Shown here: in pieces, positions 24,801 through 39,800 of the stretch
Layout: every line of letters starts with the position of its first letter
Position numbering within the stretch: position 1 is the stretch's first letter
Assembly: GCF_037042905.1 (NCBI RefSeq)
Contig: NC_087259.1
Coordinates: forward strand, 30,814,001-30,878,000
Direction: 5' to 3'
Source of the DNA: Lytechinus pictus
Taxonomy: Eukaryota
DNA: 64,000 nt
Translations under genes and position numbers: made by a program
The notes under the pieces: generated by a model
The model's input: only the letters and a program-made list of their open reading frames with translations
The model's database searches: none
Told to the model about the DNA's origin: nothing

Positions 24801-27800
24801 TAACAAATTATCCAAATTCTCAAATGGCTCAAATCAACTAAACGACAATCAAATGCAATAAACACTTTTCTGTGTCATCTGAAACTTATCCAAATACTTT
24901 ATCATTAATAAAACTATAAGTACTGCCTACATTTGGACTGAGGCAACATGCAAAGGTTACACATAAACAGTGATCCTTTTACTGATCTAAATATTGTGGC
25001 TGGCTATAACAATAAAATAAAATTGATTATCGGCAGATAAATGAACACAGTTGTCATGCTCACAGTATAAACACATAAAGTTTTACTTGAATGTCCAAAA
25101 CTGCAAGAATTTTACATATCATTAATAAAACTACCTTTACAACAAACATGTAGGCCTATCCTAAATTAACAAACAAGTTGCCATATCTTGTTTTGACATT
25201 TTTCTTGACCACATAGAGCAAATAACAGCTTATGGTAATGGATTCAAAGTAATAGTGAGCTGTATAAAAGAGAATGAAATTCTCAAACCTGTATTTTTTC
25301 AAAGTCAATGACCAGCTAACTCACCTTGATAGAAAAGTCAAATTCTCTTTGTAATTCCCAAATCTGATATATTTCTTCATAATCATCAAGTCGAAGACCT
25401 CCATACTTAGACCATGATCGATTCATCTTGCTCGCTCTTAAAAGCAGACTAATGAACTGCCTAACAAATGTTTGAATTGACAGAGCAAAGTCTTTGATGA
25501 CAATTGCCAGAGTTCCTTCTCAACAGACTAGAGTCAATCACTCGCACTCATTCGCCAGGATGCCTAATTTTCAAACGGAAGTCGTGAGAGAACATCACAG
25601 AGCGGGGAACAGAAGAAGTCATCTCAAACCAATGATGATTGCTAAAGACTTCCCGCTGATAAATGTTGCACTCTCTTGGTATTCCCTGGATGTAACTGAC
25701 TAAGAATTATTTCCATAATCTAATAACAACCAACTTCCACATTCAGAAATCATATATTTGACATTCCCCAAAGGAATTCACAAAGCCTTGTTAAAATGTC
25801 AACAAGATCTACAGGTGGGCATGAGAATGACAGGGCCCTGTGACATACACCTTAGCAATTGATAGTAAGGCTGATTTCTATAATTGATTGCATTGCTTAT
25901 TGTGTATAAATCAATCATAAAAATCAATCCTACCATCAATTACTGAGCTTTATATTACCGGGTCTGGGTCATTTTTAAACACAATTTCCTTTGTACCTCA
26001 AACTTGCATGCCATGTCCTATATAAAAAGGAAGGGGGAAGAACTATTAAATCTCTAATTATTTCCCAAATTAGAGGCCACCTAAAAACAATCATGACATT
26101 GATGTTAATGACCTTTATAGCACAGCATGATTTCAAAGCACTAATCAAAAGTTATAAATACAGGAACTATTTCTGATTCAGGATTTGAACATTACTATTG
26201 CATATTGATTCTGGAGAACAGGAAAAAACCACTGATGACTGGTGACTCATGGATTACATAAATGCATATAAAACAAATGACCACAAAATCTGTTATCATG
26301 TGATATCAGAATATGTACCATAAAGACTTCACAGTTCCTCTATTAACACCTCAGACAAGTAGCAGTAAAACTGTACAAGAGGATTTTTAAAATCTTCCTA
26401 TTCCATTTATGTGGAATAACCTTTCTGTGGAAAAATCTTCTAATGACAATCTAGATAAATGAACTTTGAAGGAAATTTAAAGAAATATTTTAATTCTAAA
26501 CTAAAAGAGGAAATGAATGAGAGTCTAAGCATATTCTCTGACTATATTTGTTATGGGGTTCATGAAATCATGCGGTCCCTCTCTATAAACGACGTCATCC
26601 TTTCACGTTTGGTGGATTAATAACAAGACAAACATGCATGAAACGTCTCTCAGTGAATCACTAATTTTCTGTTCAAGAGAGAAAATTTGATATGAACAAC
26701 TTTCCCCCATTATACAACATAAATTAAGTAATTATCTCTTTTCTGATATATTCTATCAAGCTGAAATTTGTTGATATATCACGATTCTGATTGATTCAGC
26801 TGTCACCAGATGTGACATCAACCCTGACACTGGATTAAAATTTGCAATTATTAAATAACATTTGATAATCTCTTAATCTGGAATCATCTTTCACTTCAGT
26901 TCATATAATTTCTGAAGTACATATAAAAATAAAGGCAAAAAAGTTAATAAATGGAAAAATAGTTTTGAAATAAAACAGGAAAAAGAAAGCAGAGATGTAA
27001 CTGATTACAAGGAAATGAATGATAGCTAAAACGAGGAAAAGCAGGAGGTAATGCGTTGAATGGTGAAATATAATGGACATATGCTGTAGCAATGTAGAAA
27101 TATTAAAAAACTAAAGATTTAAGAGATAAAGAGAGGCGGATAATGATTTAGAGAAATAAAGAAAGATAGATGGTAGAGAGGGTGGTGTTGGTGAGGGCTT
27201 GATAAGCAGACGAAATAAAAAGATAGTGCAAGAAAGGAAAAATAGGCAAAATGGAGGGAAGAGACAAAAGAGGGGTAGAGAAAAATTATGACTATAAGAA
27301 TTGGATGGGAGAAGCAATGAAGACACAGGCCGGTATTCTGAAGTCGGGCTTAACTCAAACTCAGGTTTAAAGTTGTGGTTTAGGTATGGATAGCCAATTG
27401 TTACATAAATCACTAACAGTAGAGACATCATTATTCAGCTCATTTAGCTCTCAAATCATCCATAATTGTCTAGAAAGTATAAATAGATGATTGTCTTCAC
27501 CATTAAAGGTCAAGTCCACCTCAGAAAAATGTTGATTTGAATCAATAGAGAAAAATCAGACAAGCACAATGCTGAAAATTTCATCAAAATCGGATGTAAA
27601 ATAAGAAAGTTATGACATTTCAAAGTTTCGCTTATTTTTAACAAAATAGTCATATGAACGAGCCAGTTACATCCAAATGAGAGAGTCGATGACGTCACTC
27701 ACTCACTATTTCTTTTGTTTTTTATTGTTTGAATTATACAATATTTCAATTTTTACGAATTTGATGATTAGGACCTCCTTGCCTGAAGCACAAAATGTTA

Positions 27801-30800
27801 AAATAATGGAATTCCACGTGTTCAGGGAGGAATGAAACTTCATTTCACATGACAATGACAAGAAAATCAAAATATTTCATATTTCATATAATAAAATACA
27901 AAAGAAATAGTGAGTGAGTGATGTCATCGACTCTCTCATTTGGATGTAACTGGCTCGTTCATAAAACTATTTTGTTAAAAATAAGCGAAACTTTGAAATG
28001 TCATAACTTTCTTATTTTACATCCGATTTTGATGAAATTTTCAGTGTTATGCTTGTTGAATTTTTCTTTTTTTATTCAAATCAAGTTTTTGTTGGGGTGG
28101 ACTTGTCCTTTAAAGAATCAGGAAAGAGCACAGTAAACATGAGTAACATACATGTACAACTTAATAAAAAATTTGACACTTTGGCTTCCCATAATTTTAG
28201 CACAGAGTTAGACCATGGTCTAAGTTAAGCCCGACTTCAGAATACGGGCCACAGAGTTTAGGCAAATGTTTAAATCAACGATACTACAAGACATCTCTAT
28301 AACACACACACCCTTTGTAGAGCTTACCTCTGTGCCCTGTTTCATAACCTTACATCAATACTAAATGATGAATCAGAAGAAAAGAAATTGCTCTTGGCCA
28401 ATCACAAATAGCACCTTGCCATTGAAAAAAAAGACATTTTAAGGAACTGGTTTTCTGGCTGTTCAGACTTGGTAAGCTGATATGAAAATCATCAAATATT
28501 TCAAAGTCAGTTGGTGTCATCACAAAAGCCAAACTGCACAAATCATGAGTTCAAAATGACAATAAACCTTGTGACTACTGGATTTTGGACTTAACTGTGA
28601 CCATTCACTACCAGTAGGCAATGTTTTTAATCCTAATTAAGATTAAAGGAAAGGATGAGAAGATAATCTTACCGATATCTCCTGTAGAAAGACCTTCATG
28701 TTACCCCACTCTCTTTCAAGGAACTCATTCATGAATTTCATGTAGTTCTCCTTTGTTCCAAACCTTCAAATATAAAAGATATGATGCACATATTACTACT
28801 TACAAAATTATTGCATACTGCATGCCACATACCAATTACTAACGTCTCTATGCGCTTCCAAACAAACTTTGGATATCATTTTGCAGTGCACAAAAATTTC
28901 AAGGAATAGATTCCTGCCAAGTACCCATTTACCTCATATATTAGAAGTAGTCGTAGCAGTAATCCAAAGACTTCAATTCAATTTAGTCCTCTTTGAGTTA
29001 TCTCACACTTCCTCAAGAAAATCAGAAAAAAATCAATGATTCCAAAATCTTTCAAGGGATACCAGTATTTAGGTACGACTATTCTAGCTCTCTAATTTAC
29101 CTTGTAAAAGTCTCAGAGCTTCAAATCTGAACTAAAGAGCCATCTTTTCCAGCAACTTTGTGAATAATATGTGACATATTGGGGAGCCGGTGCCTTTGAA
29201 TTTCTTTTTAACAGATAAATGTTGCTATATTCGCATTATCATTCCATAGCTGTATAGTCAATTACATGACCTTTCATATACCCTTGATATCTGACAGGTT
29301 TTCAGGTCTGACAACTTTACTTGGTTTTGATTGGCTAAAAGCACAGGTGTCTGACTGTTACTATGGCAGGTGTCTGACCGTTACTATGGAAAGTGTCAAA
29401 TTATAACAACTTGTTCCTGAAAACTTTCATGAATTCCAACAAAGTAAAAATAGGACTTACTTAGTGAAGTTGGCAAGAGCTTGAACTGTCTTTGCAATGA
29501 GGGTCAAACATCTTGACGTCTTCTCGTTTGGATACTCTTGGATCAGCTCAAAGAGACTTGGTGACATGATGGCCGGACAGAGAAACCGTAGGAATATACA
29601 ACCACTGAAAATAAGAAGATAAAATAGGTTAGGGGTTAGGTCTTTTATCAATAAGCATTTGCTTTGGAGATAAAAATGACATGTAAAAATTGCTCAGATC
29701 AGATCATTGCTCCAATGAGAGTTGTTTGAAGAAGGATACTTCCATCTGTATTTCAATAGACAAATTACAGAAAGCTAACATCATTTGGTCTCATTCCACT
29801 TGGTATAAACCCATTTTTGCACTAGTTTATCTGACTGCAAGTTGGAAAATTAGAAAACTTGCACAAACTTATGATAAGAAAATAATTATTCAATTTGATT
29901 CCGAGACAGAAAGACAGAGTAAAGTGAGTATTACAACATAGATGGGGACACAGCTTGCGAGTGTGGGGAGGATCAGACGATGCAACACCTTCTGGTCTGC
30001 CTCCTCCTACCAGAGCCATGCACTGCCGAAGATCAGGGGCCTGTTGTTTAAAACTTTTTACCTGAGAAAACTCTGGTAAAAATTGAAAACTAAGGTTAGT
30101 CTGATTTCTGCCATTGACTTTAACACAGGGCAAAAACTCCGGACTAAGCTGACCATTCTAAGATGTTTAATTATTGTTTTAGTGGCCCAAACATGGAGTA
30201 GTGTATGTGGAGAGCTTTGTAACCGAAATGAAAAGGTGATATATCAAATGATCTTTGGTTTGGATTGGACTATACACTGTACACCATCCCAAAGAGATCC
30301 TTTACCCCTGACTCACCTAATGAGCTTTGAGCAGACTTCATCCCCATTGATGCGTTCTGCAAAGCGTTCTCTAAGTTTATTGAAGATTGCCCTGAGATCA
30401 GATGGGAAGGCTGCTGAGGAGTTGAGTATCTTACAACAAGCCATCTCACACATGACCATCAGGGATTCTTGATGCTGTACTACTGTACCAGTCATCGTCT
30501 TGGTAGGGTCAACCTCACAGTCTTCATTGGTCATGTATAGGTACTGGACGAAGTCACCAAGGGTGTCTTGTAGGTACTGAGGATATCAAAGGCAACAAGA
30601 AATGAGAGATTATTACACTCTATATGTAAAATTCAAAGAGATACCAGCTAATGCCATCAAATAATTAACCTTTTGATTTGTCTGACCCCCATTCATCGCA
30701 ATTTTTTTTTACTCAATTCAAGAACTGATCAAGCTATGGTAACTTGAGAGCATTTCATATGAAATAGAAGGACATTAGTTATGAAGTTCAGGAAACCCCA

Positions 30801-33800
30801 CCCTAAAGATGATTTTATGTTTCCCTTAATGAGGTTCAAGAACTCCCATTCCCCCAAATCCAAAGCATCCCCTAGAACCCCTCACATCTTCTATACCTTT
30901 CCTCCGATGAGTTTCATGTACGCCTCCATAGACTTTGTTGCCATGGTATTTGCCCGGAAGACCAGACTTTCATCTTCTATAAAAGTAAAGGAACAAAGAA
31001 AAAATGTGATAAAACTTCTAATATTGTTCAAAATGACACTGTAATACTACTACTCATTAACAGATGACAACTGAGCAATGCACCATTTTCATATTACACT
31101 TGTTTAAATGCAACATGGCATTCACTTTACACTTTCTTTGAATAAAGAAATCACATCCTGTTGGTATTGATAAGACTTCATTCATTAAAATGAACAAATA
31201 AAAATGTTGATGGGCATATTATAATTGACTGTATATCCGTCTCTGAATGTACACATACTGAGCTGCAGAGGGAGCTATTTAGATTTTACTTGGTATAAGA
31301 TTGATTAAGAAAGAAAATCAGTGAGGGAGAAATTATAATGTGTCTCCTTGTGTTTCAAAGAATTAGAGAGAGAGGAAGAAAGAAAAAGGGGGGGGGGGAG
31401 GGATATAACCAAAAGAGAGAACGTCCCAGTATCAGACAACTCATATATAAATGGCTTAATCTGTCTAGTTACGAGAGTTCATCACAAATTACCTAGTATT
31501 CACCCAGATTGAAGGGATAGAAAGTGAGAATGAAAAGTGAGAGAGGGAACCAAATGAGAAAGGGAGAATGTGAGAATCAGAGAATGGAAGGGTAGGGGTG
31601 GACTTTATTCTATTAGTAAATAGGGTTTGCTACTGAGTCAGAATCCTTTATACAATTTAATCTTGTAATTTTGTTTGACAGCATCAAGTTCATAGAGGGG
31701 AGAAGGTGATAGAAAGATAAAGAAGGAGAAATAGAGAGAAATGAAGGATGATAGAGCAAGAGGGGGAGAAAAATAGAGTGCGTAAGGGATACAGAGAGAG
31801 GAACAGAGATGGATGGATCAAGTATAAAATAGATACAATGTGAAAAGAAGGGAGAATATAAAAATGAAAGAAGAAGAGAGAGACAGACAGAGGGAGAGAA
31901 ATTTATGTGTATGAAGAGAGAGCAAAAGCAAGACAAAAAAGATGAAAAATAGATACAGTATACAAAATATAAAAAGAACAGAGGGAAAGAGAGAGTTGAT
32001 AAGAGGGGCAGAGAAGGCCAAACGTGACGTTGAAACAAAACAATGCCGTCATCACCTCTCAATTGAATGTGTTAAATGGATTGGCACTACTGAAGGCACC
32101 TCTACGTCTGACCCAACTGAAAGCTTATTTCCTCTCTAGTCGTTAAATCTTCTTCTTTATCTCTTTACTCTCTTGGGTATCACATAATAAACACAGTCAT
32201 GCAAACATATATCCTTCACCATTCTAGAACTGACTATACTCCTTTGATACACAAAAACATTTTAATGATGTACATGAACTTCACTAAGGAAGCTTCAAGC
32301 TTTCCCTGGATCATAAAATTGTTAAGGAATATAAATTATAGTAAATGTTATTGTTAGGGGCTTTAATATTTTTGTCACGGTTTCTTGTTGCCTGAGAGGC
32401 CTGCCAATGAATATTTGAAAGGAAAATAATGATAAATTCATGAGCAAAGTTGCTCATGAAAGTGCTTTTCTACATGCCTTCCCAAATACAGCATAGAATG
32501 TTTGTAAGATAAGCTGGACTGAAAGAGAATACCAGGCAGTGCTTACATTATCTGTTGATAAGATCTTTATCTTTAGAGAAGAAAACTTTGCCCTCATATA
32601 TCAAATTTGTTGATAAATGAAAAGTTGGAAAAAAAATAATTCAGTCACAAGTTAACCCCCCCCCAAAAAAAAAAAATAGTGAGTTTTTAAAGTTTTGTTA
32701 AAATACAGTAATTTTATACTGTAACCCAACCTTCATTGCTTAGCATACTTTTTAATATGAAAGAAACTGACCTTGAATTGCATAAAATTTAAATAAGTAT
32801 GGGCTTCCCTTTTATTATATGCAATCATGAGCATTATATAATCTATGTCTCCACCTATTTTCAAAGCAATTTTACGAAATTTAGACCAAAAGTGATGGGC
32901 TTTGATCACATTTATTTCAAGAAAAGAACTCTAAAATACCTGCAACAACACTGTAGACCATGGGCATGGATTGGAAAAGGATGGTTGTAAATAACAGCTG
33001 ACCCTAATATGTCAAAATTTGTTGTTTACAAGTTTGAATGTTCACCCAATTTGATGTGTGTCATACTTGATCACACATTTGTTTACAACTGACCTTTATT
33101 TTTGTTTTGTTGTCTGCCTTCCACCAAGAGGAAAGGGAACTATAGCTCAGTGAGTCCAATCACAATTCATCTACTTAGTGGGGGATTAATGGGCAAAATT
33201 GGAATAGTCTTTGAAAACAGACAATATTTGATAATTTACCAAGAATATCACAAACAAAATTCAAGTCTAAAATATCAGAAAGAATTCTGTGTGAGCTTAA
33301 GATAAATATGAAGAATTTGTTCTGATGAAGAATGTGGATAATGCTTGGAATATAAAATATTAATGTTTTATTCATATATTGGTTATCATTGTAATTTTCT
33401 TCTAAATTCTCTGAATAGTCCAATGATATATACATCTGTGTTACTTATAGACACAATCAGCAACCTCTAGTGAGCATGAATCTATATGACTTACTGATGC
33501 TTTCTGTTTCTTTCATGACCATCTCAACCAGGAATTCTTTGGCTGATCCTAAGCAATGAAGGATCTTTATGAGAGAGGTCGCGACCTCTTCCTTCGTCTT
33601 GACACTGATTTCCTGTTCTAGTCTCTGACATAGCGCGACCGAGTGTTCTTTCAAGTACTGTGAAAAAAGGAAAGAAACAGAGGATCTTCAAGAATCTGGA
33701 AAGACGAATTTCAACCAAGAAAGAGGAAGATTTGGATGGTTGCTGGGTGACACTGTGGAGATAATTTATGGCCTTTCAAACAATGATGAATTATGAGTGA

Positions 33801-36800
33801 AAAGTTTCCAGTATCCTGTCAAAGTAGATAATGTGAACTATGACTTTGAACTCTTCCTACCTATCTCATACTTCCTTCTATCACTCTCTCTCTCCTTTCT
33901 CATTTACCTATTTATGTACATGTATTCATCTTTTGTTCTTTCTTTCCTCCATTCACTTTCATGTCAGTTTTTCTTCTCTCTTTGTTACCTCTTATGTTAT
34001 TATTCTCTTGCAATATCTAAATTCTCTTTATTGAAATATTTTCTCTCTACTTTTCCTTCCTACTTTCTTTCTTCTTAATCTTCTGTTTCTCTTCAATGTT
34101 TCTGGTGCCTCTCATTTATTCTCAGAATATAGCTCTTCATCATTACCCTTTTTTGGTAAAAAAATAAATATGCATTGCTTTTCTTTTCTCGTATTTATTT
34201 TCATAATGAATCATTGATGCTCAATCATTATCTCTCTTCTTCTTCTAAGGGGTATCTCCATGTTCAACTCTCAAAAATATGATGCCAAGTACATTCCCAG
34301 GTATATATCATCGGAAGCTGCGGTCACCGGCAAGCGGGGGTTGCTTGGCAAGATTTATGAGGAAGCTAGCTGACTGTTTAGGTTATTTGGTGGAGGAAGT
34401 CTGGTTCATAACTCTCGTCTGCTTTGGATGATTTCCTTTGGAGTTGGCAGAGGATTTTTTCCGAGGTTCCAGGGGAATGGAATGATAGGCTCAATGTCCA
34501 TAGTCATGAAAATGTCAACGTACATTCCCATGATTATGTATCATTATTAGAGATCATCCCTAATCCCTTTTTTATAATAAATCTTGTCACTCACTGTTTT
34601 GAACAAGTAATTGGGATTTACTGCAATCTTCAGAGTCTTTGATAAAGATCTGGACTTAATGAAATGTTACTAAGTAAAACAGTGCTTGAGCGAATACTTG
34701 AATGAAAAACTGAAAAAGGAGGATTCTGAAAAGAAGGAATATAATTTAATATTATTTGATAAGTCAAGGGGGAGCAATGAGAGGGGTTGGGGGCTGCTGG
34801 GGCGGGGGATTACCCTTACCTGTGCAAATTCTGAGTACTGGCTTATAGGTAGAATTGAGATGTTTTGGTAGCGAGCTTTTATCCTTAATGCTGGGATCTC
34901 TCCCCTGAAGTTAATAGGGCTGGAAACACGGTACCTGAGAGAAAAAAAATATGGGTTTATATCTAATATTGTAAATCATGTTCTAGCAATCACTTACCAA
35001 TAAAAGCAACATTTTGAGAGTTGGTTTTCCTTGAAAGGTAGCATTTTCAAAGGATGACATGGGCCTTATAGACTTCTTGCATGGAGGTTATGTGTATAAT
35101 GAATTAAACTCAATTCAATTTGATTCACTTTCATTCTGTTCTATTCAATGTACTGCAATTTGGCCAATTCTGGCCAAGAAGGGCTTTAAAATAATACATC
35201 AATAAAAATGTTGTAGCTCCAGATTCTATAAACTTACCAACTTTCTACTGTTGTTTTACTATTAACCATGTTGACTGGTATCGAGACTAACCCTGCAAAG
35301 TAAAGAAAAAAGTTTAAAGACTATTATAAATGTTTACATTGATAAAAAACATCATTCATATTGATTTAAGCTGACAGAATAATTTTGTTTGATAACATGT
35401 TTGTACAAAATGTACATGAAAACTGCTATGGAGCAAAAAAAGAAGGTTTTGTGCATAGGCCTTCTGAAGAGAGAAATATCTTTTTATCAATATTCAAAAG
35501 ATTTTGTTTTTAATTTGATAAAATGTTACTTATTTCATACACACAAAACATATGCATACTGTAGTGGTTCTTTCTTACCTATATAATTCTTATCTCTTCT
35601 CTTTTTCTTCTCTATCTCTTTATATACATGAACATTGATGGCCTCAACAGCTGGCAAGCATCTACAAGTAAAAAGGGAAAGACAAAGAGAAAAGGGAGAC
35701 ATCAGTGAAACATTTTACTTATTGATGAGAAGAGAAATATTGATATAAACCTATTTGTATAATCATGCATGAATTTACAAACAAAAGAAATATATAAAAC
35801 CAAAATATAAGCCTCAAAAGGTCTATGTAACTTTATAAACAACTTGATGACACAGCCACGTGGAAGATTTCCGGATGCATCTTTTCAGAGATTTTCACTG
35901 GAAAATTTGCTCTCAGCCAATCAGATATAAGTATTTCAGTAGCTTGTAACATTTGTCAGTGATTTTCAACTTCAATATTCTTCATGAAATGCTACCTTGT
36001 ATCTGATGGGTAAAAAATGCCAGATTCTGTAATAATTAACATTTTCAACAAAAAAAAGCAAGCCCTGAAAACCAGGGAATGTTATCAATAATCAAGATAT
36101 CCTACCTCAATCTCATTTGTTATTCGTATGAGGAATAACTGCCTTTCTAATAATGTAAATCTGCTTTAATACGACATGAGTTGTGAGGCTAAAGACGTTC
36201 GTGTGAAAAAGCTGTTGCTTTCATGGTCAATCAGGGGTTAGACATTTGGCAGCTATAGTTATCAAACAAGTGTTCAGCTTCGATCACTGACAAGTGAGAA
36301 AGGTCTGCTGTCTATATTGCCTTGATGAGGAATTAATAAAGTTAACTTAGACATGATAGATTTTGGCTAATGTATCCAACTGTCATGAAATTCTTTGTAT
36401 CTTAGCAGTCATCATATTTTTTCTCAGAAACAGGAAATTAGGAAAACAGACTGATGTAATTGTTTTAAAAGGGCATCAACGGCAGTGATAATTAGATATT
36501 CAGCGACTCTGGTGAAATTAATTATTTTACTCATCAAAGTACAATGATTTATTTCAGGGTATGCAATTTTTTGCATAACATCATTGATAAGAGTGATTTA
36601 TTCAATAAGCTTTTCCCCATATTTCTTTTCAATAGTGCAATTTTAAAAAGATTTTTCAGTCTCCAGTTCATCCTGTTGCTCTGCACCTGGCAGTAAGTGG
36701 GTCCAAAGTACCCTTGATAAAAGCTGCCCTCTATTGGTGAACTCATGTCATGGTGAAAGTGAGAATAGCAACCTACATTCGTATGAATGATACACTTTGC

Positions 36801-39800
36801 ACCTGTAAATGTGTTTATCCCCAAGGGACATGAGACTCAGTCTATTGGTTAATCCTTTCTAATAGCCTGCCTATTCGCAGTTCAGATGAGAAAAAATTCA
36901 CAAGAAATGTACATGGTACCCAGAAATGTCTAAAGAATCATCATCAGGTAATGTACTAGGCACATACAATGAATACCAAAGAACAATGTTCATTCCACAT
37001 TTGTTGTTCTCTGTATTCACAATAGTAACCAATTGATAAAAACATTTGTAATATGGTAATATGAATTTCACACTAATAAAAGAATCACATATCATATTAG
37101 GCCCATAATTCTCTTCAAAATTATGATATCGTAACCTGAAAATTGCTGAAATATTTGATGTGCTGGTATGTTTTGTGACTCGAATCTGACGTAGCCATAT
37201 ATTCAATCTCATAATATGATTTTATCTACTGTGAAATAAAATGTAACAAATTTGTGAAATATCTGTACATACAGTGGGCCAATGGTGTAAATGGGGGGGG
37301 GGGGGGGGTTAGTGGCCAACAAGACATAATCAGCAATTATGTTGCTTTCTTGAACACTGCCCATCATGTGATTTTCACTCACACCATTACAATCAAATGG
37401 GACTGAAGGGGAAATTTGGAATAGAAGAGGTAATTAAATAATTAAGTAGAAGAGAAACCATGGATCATACAGCTAGATCACATCAGTCAGAGAGCTAGTT
37501 AAATCTATCGTGAAATTTTAAAGATAAAAACAAAAACATTAAAAAAACTATTTGCTTATGACACTTGTATACTTAATTTTCTACAGAAATACAAAGACCC
37601 ACTGAAATCCAAAGAAAGATGAAAGGAGATATTTGGGGGAGGGAGGCATTGTGGTAGCTAAAGAACCATGCCAACCTCATGAAAAGAATTCCATCTTTTT
37701 AAGGGATGAATAAAAGGATAAAAAGGATTTTGGTGTGAAAAGAGTATTATAAACTTTCTCCAGGGGATACAAGTTTGAGAAAAAAGTATTTTTCATAAAA
37801 ACTGTATCATCTATATAGAAGGACATACAACTGCAATTCGCACCTCTGTACTATACACACATAACTGTACATATTGGCAATCTTTTGTAATCTATACTAA
37901 TCACAACAAGTGCAACCTGCTCTGACTATGAAATTGATATAATTAACAAAGGTTGAAGATAACGAGTCACGTTCATCGTCCTACAAAACAAGGCAATTAT
38001 CTGGCTACCTGTAGTAGCAATTGATTCTAAGTAGGCGGGGACGAGAGAGAATAGACCTCCATCAATCGCAGGAAATTGGAGCATTTTTCTAGAGTGGGTG
38101 TGGGCGAGATAGGGAACGGAAGAAGGTTCATAATTACCCTCCTTGTTTCTACGCCCTTTACACCGCAAGCATTCTCAGCGGTGCTGTGTTATGAGATGGA
38201 TACTAATAATGTCATATATTACAAATAATTATACATTTATCATTCTTCTCATTGCCATTAGTCATTTCCTGGAGTCATTTTCAAGAATTACCAAGAGAAA
38301 TTTATGCCATGGTAATGTGATGTACAGATGAAGTATAATGAATAACTGAAGTTAGAAGACTGAAAAAATATCATGATCATCTTCTTTTCTCGCGTTGGTA
38401 CTTAACTGACAAAATATTCACAAGAACCTGTTTAAATCAATTTTCTAAATATAAGTATTATTTTTCTAGTTTCATCCAATTTCACAAACTCCATTAATCA
38501 TTTTTTTAGTTTCTGAAAGTTATTATTATTTTTTCTTTAAAGAGGGGGGGGGGGGGGGTTAGAACTGCTGGGGCCTTTTGCACAAAGTATTGTAATCAAA
38601 TGTAACTCCAAATTCAAACACGTCTTTATTTTCAGTCAAATACATGTTTATTATATGCTTTGATTTTGTGTGTGTTAAAATGGAACTGTTAAAGTTTATA
38701 TTCAAAGCCTTCATTAAATCAAGGGGCAATAACAACATAATAACTGCATGGCCCTATAATTTTTCCAAAGTACTTTGTATGATGCTCTGTTTAGGTGAAC
38801 TCTAATTAATATCCAACTGAGATATAGTCATCAAAGTTGACTGAACTAATTCATAATAATCCCTAAGACATGATCAATTATTAGAGTAAATTAGATTTGG
38901 AAAGGTTCTGTAAATAGAATAGGAAAAAAAAAAAAAAAGAGGTATCAATGACATTTCAAAGCCATAAAAAAATAATAACATAAAGAGCAAAAGGACAAGT
39001 ATGAAAAGCCAGTTATAATAATGATACATTTCTATCAAATACTTTAATGCAATGTTGGCATCATAACAAAGTGTAGAATTAATTATCAAGGTTCTGAGAA
39101 AACTTCAATTTTGGGGGAATGAATGACAGTACTTTTCCTCTTCAATTAATAAACTGAAGTTCAGTAAGTTAACTCTCAACCTATAACTTCAGAGAAATAA
39201 GCGGCAGAGCAATTGTCGTAAGAGTAAATGTCACGTTAACTTTATGCATTAAAGAGAAATTCCAGTAGTTGCAGTAAACACTGATTTCATGAGAAAGTCT
39301 GTAATTAACAAGGCTTAATTGTCAGTATATCATCGAGGATCTAGATCTTGTACAGTTACATGAACTGAACTTCGTGAAATCTTGAAATCTACGCTGAAAA
39401 ATGTTCAGACTGAAGATCCCCAACACAGATAAGCGCACGTGGGACAGTGTATAATTACTGCTTTGAATGTCGTGCCCGATGCTCTACCCGAATCCTGTGC
39501 TTATTTGCTGATTTCTCAGCAATTACACAATTTCTTCCAGAATCCTTTGGCACATACGTTTTATTTATACAAACAGACACTTTGGTGGTCATTTCATTGG
39601 ATTCTATACGAACTCATTTTGATATCATTACCAAAACTAGCATTTACCTTTAACCTGAGCAATGCATGTTTATGTTTTTGAGATCACTGTAACATTTGCA
39701 CATTAGTTGTACTTTGTTGGAAAACATGCTCCTTTAAGCGCTTGAAACTGATAACCTAAAGTCTACATTTGTGATAATATGATCAAAGATCTTGGTGACG

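Noticed and set aside
27510-28136. Two near-identical ORFs on opposite strands
   Set aside because: They are mirror translations of MITE terminal inverted repeats.
31613-34078. Hydrophobic Phe/Leu/Ser-rich ORFs (also 10929, 12483, 26901, 27111)
   Set aside because: Artefacts of purine- or pyrimidine-rich low-complexity DNA, not membrane proteins.
37926-38180. GC-box region with an ATG frame ending at CAG|gtagcc
   Set aside because: The donor is phase 1 but the next exon needs phase 2.
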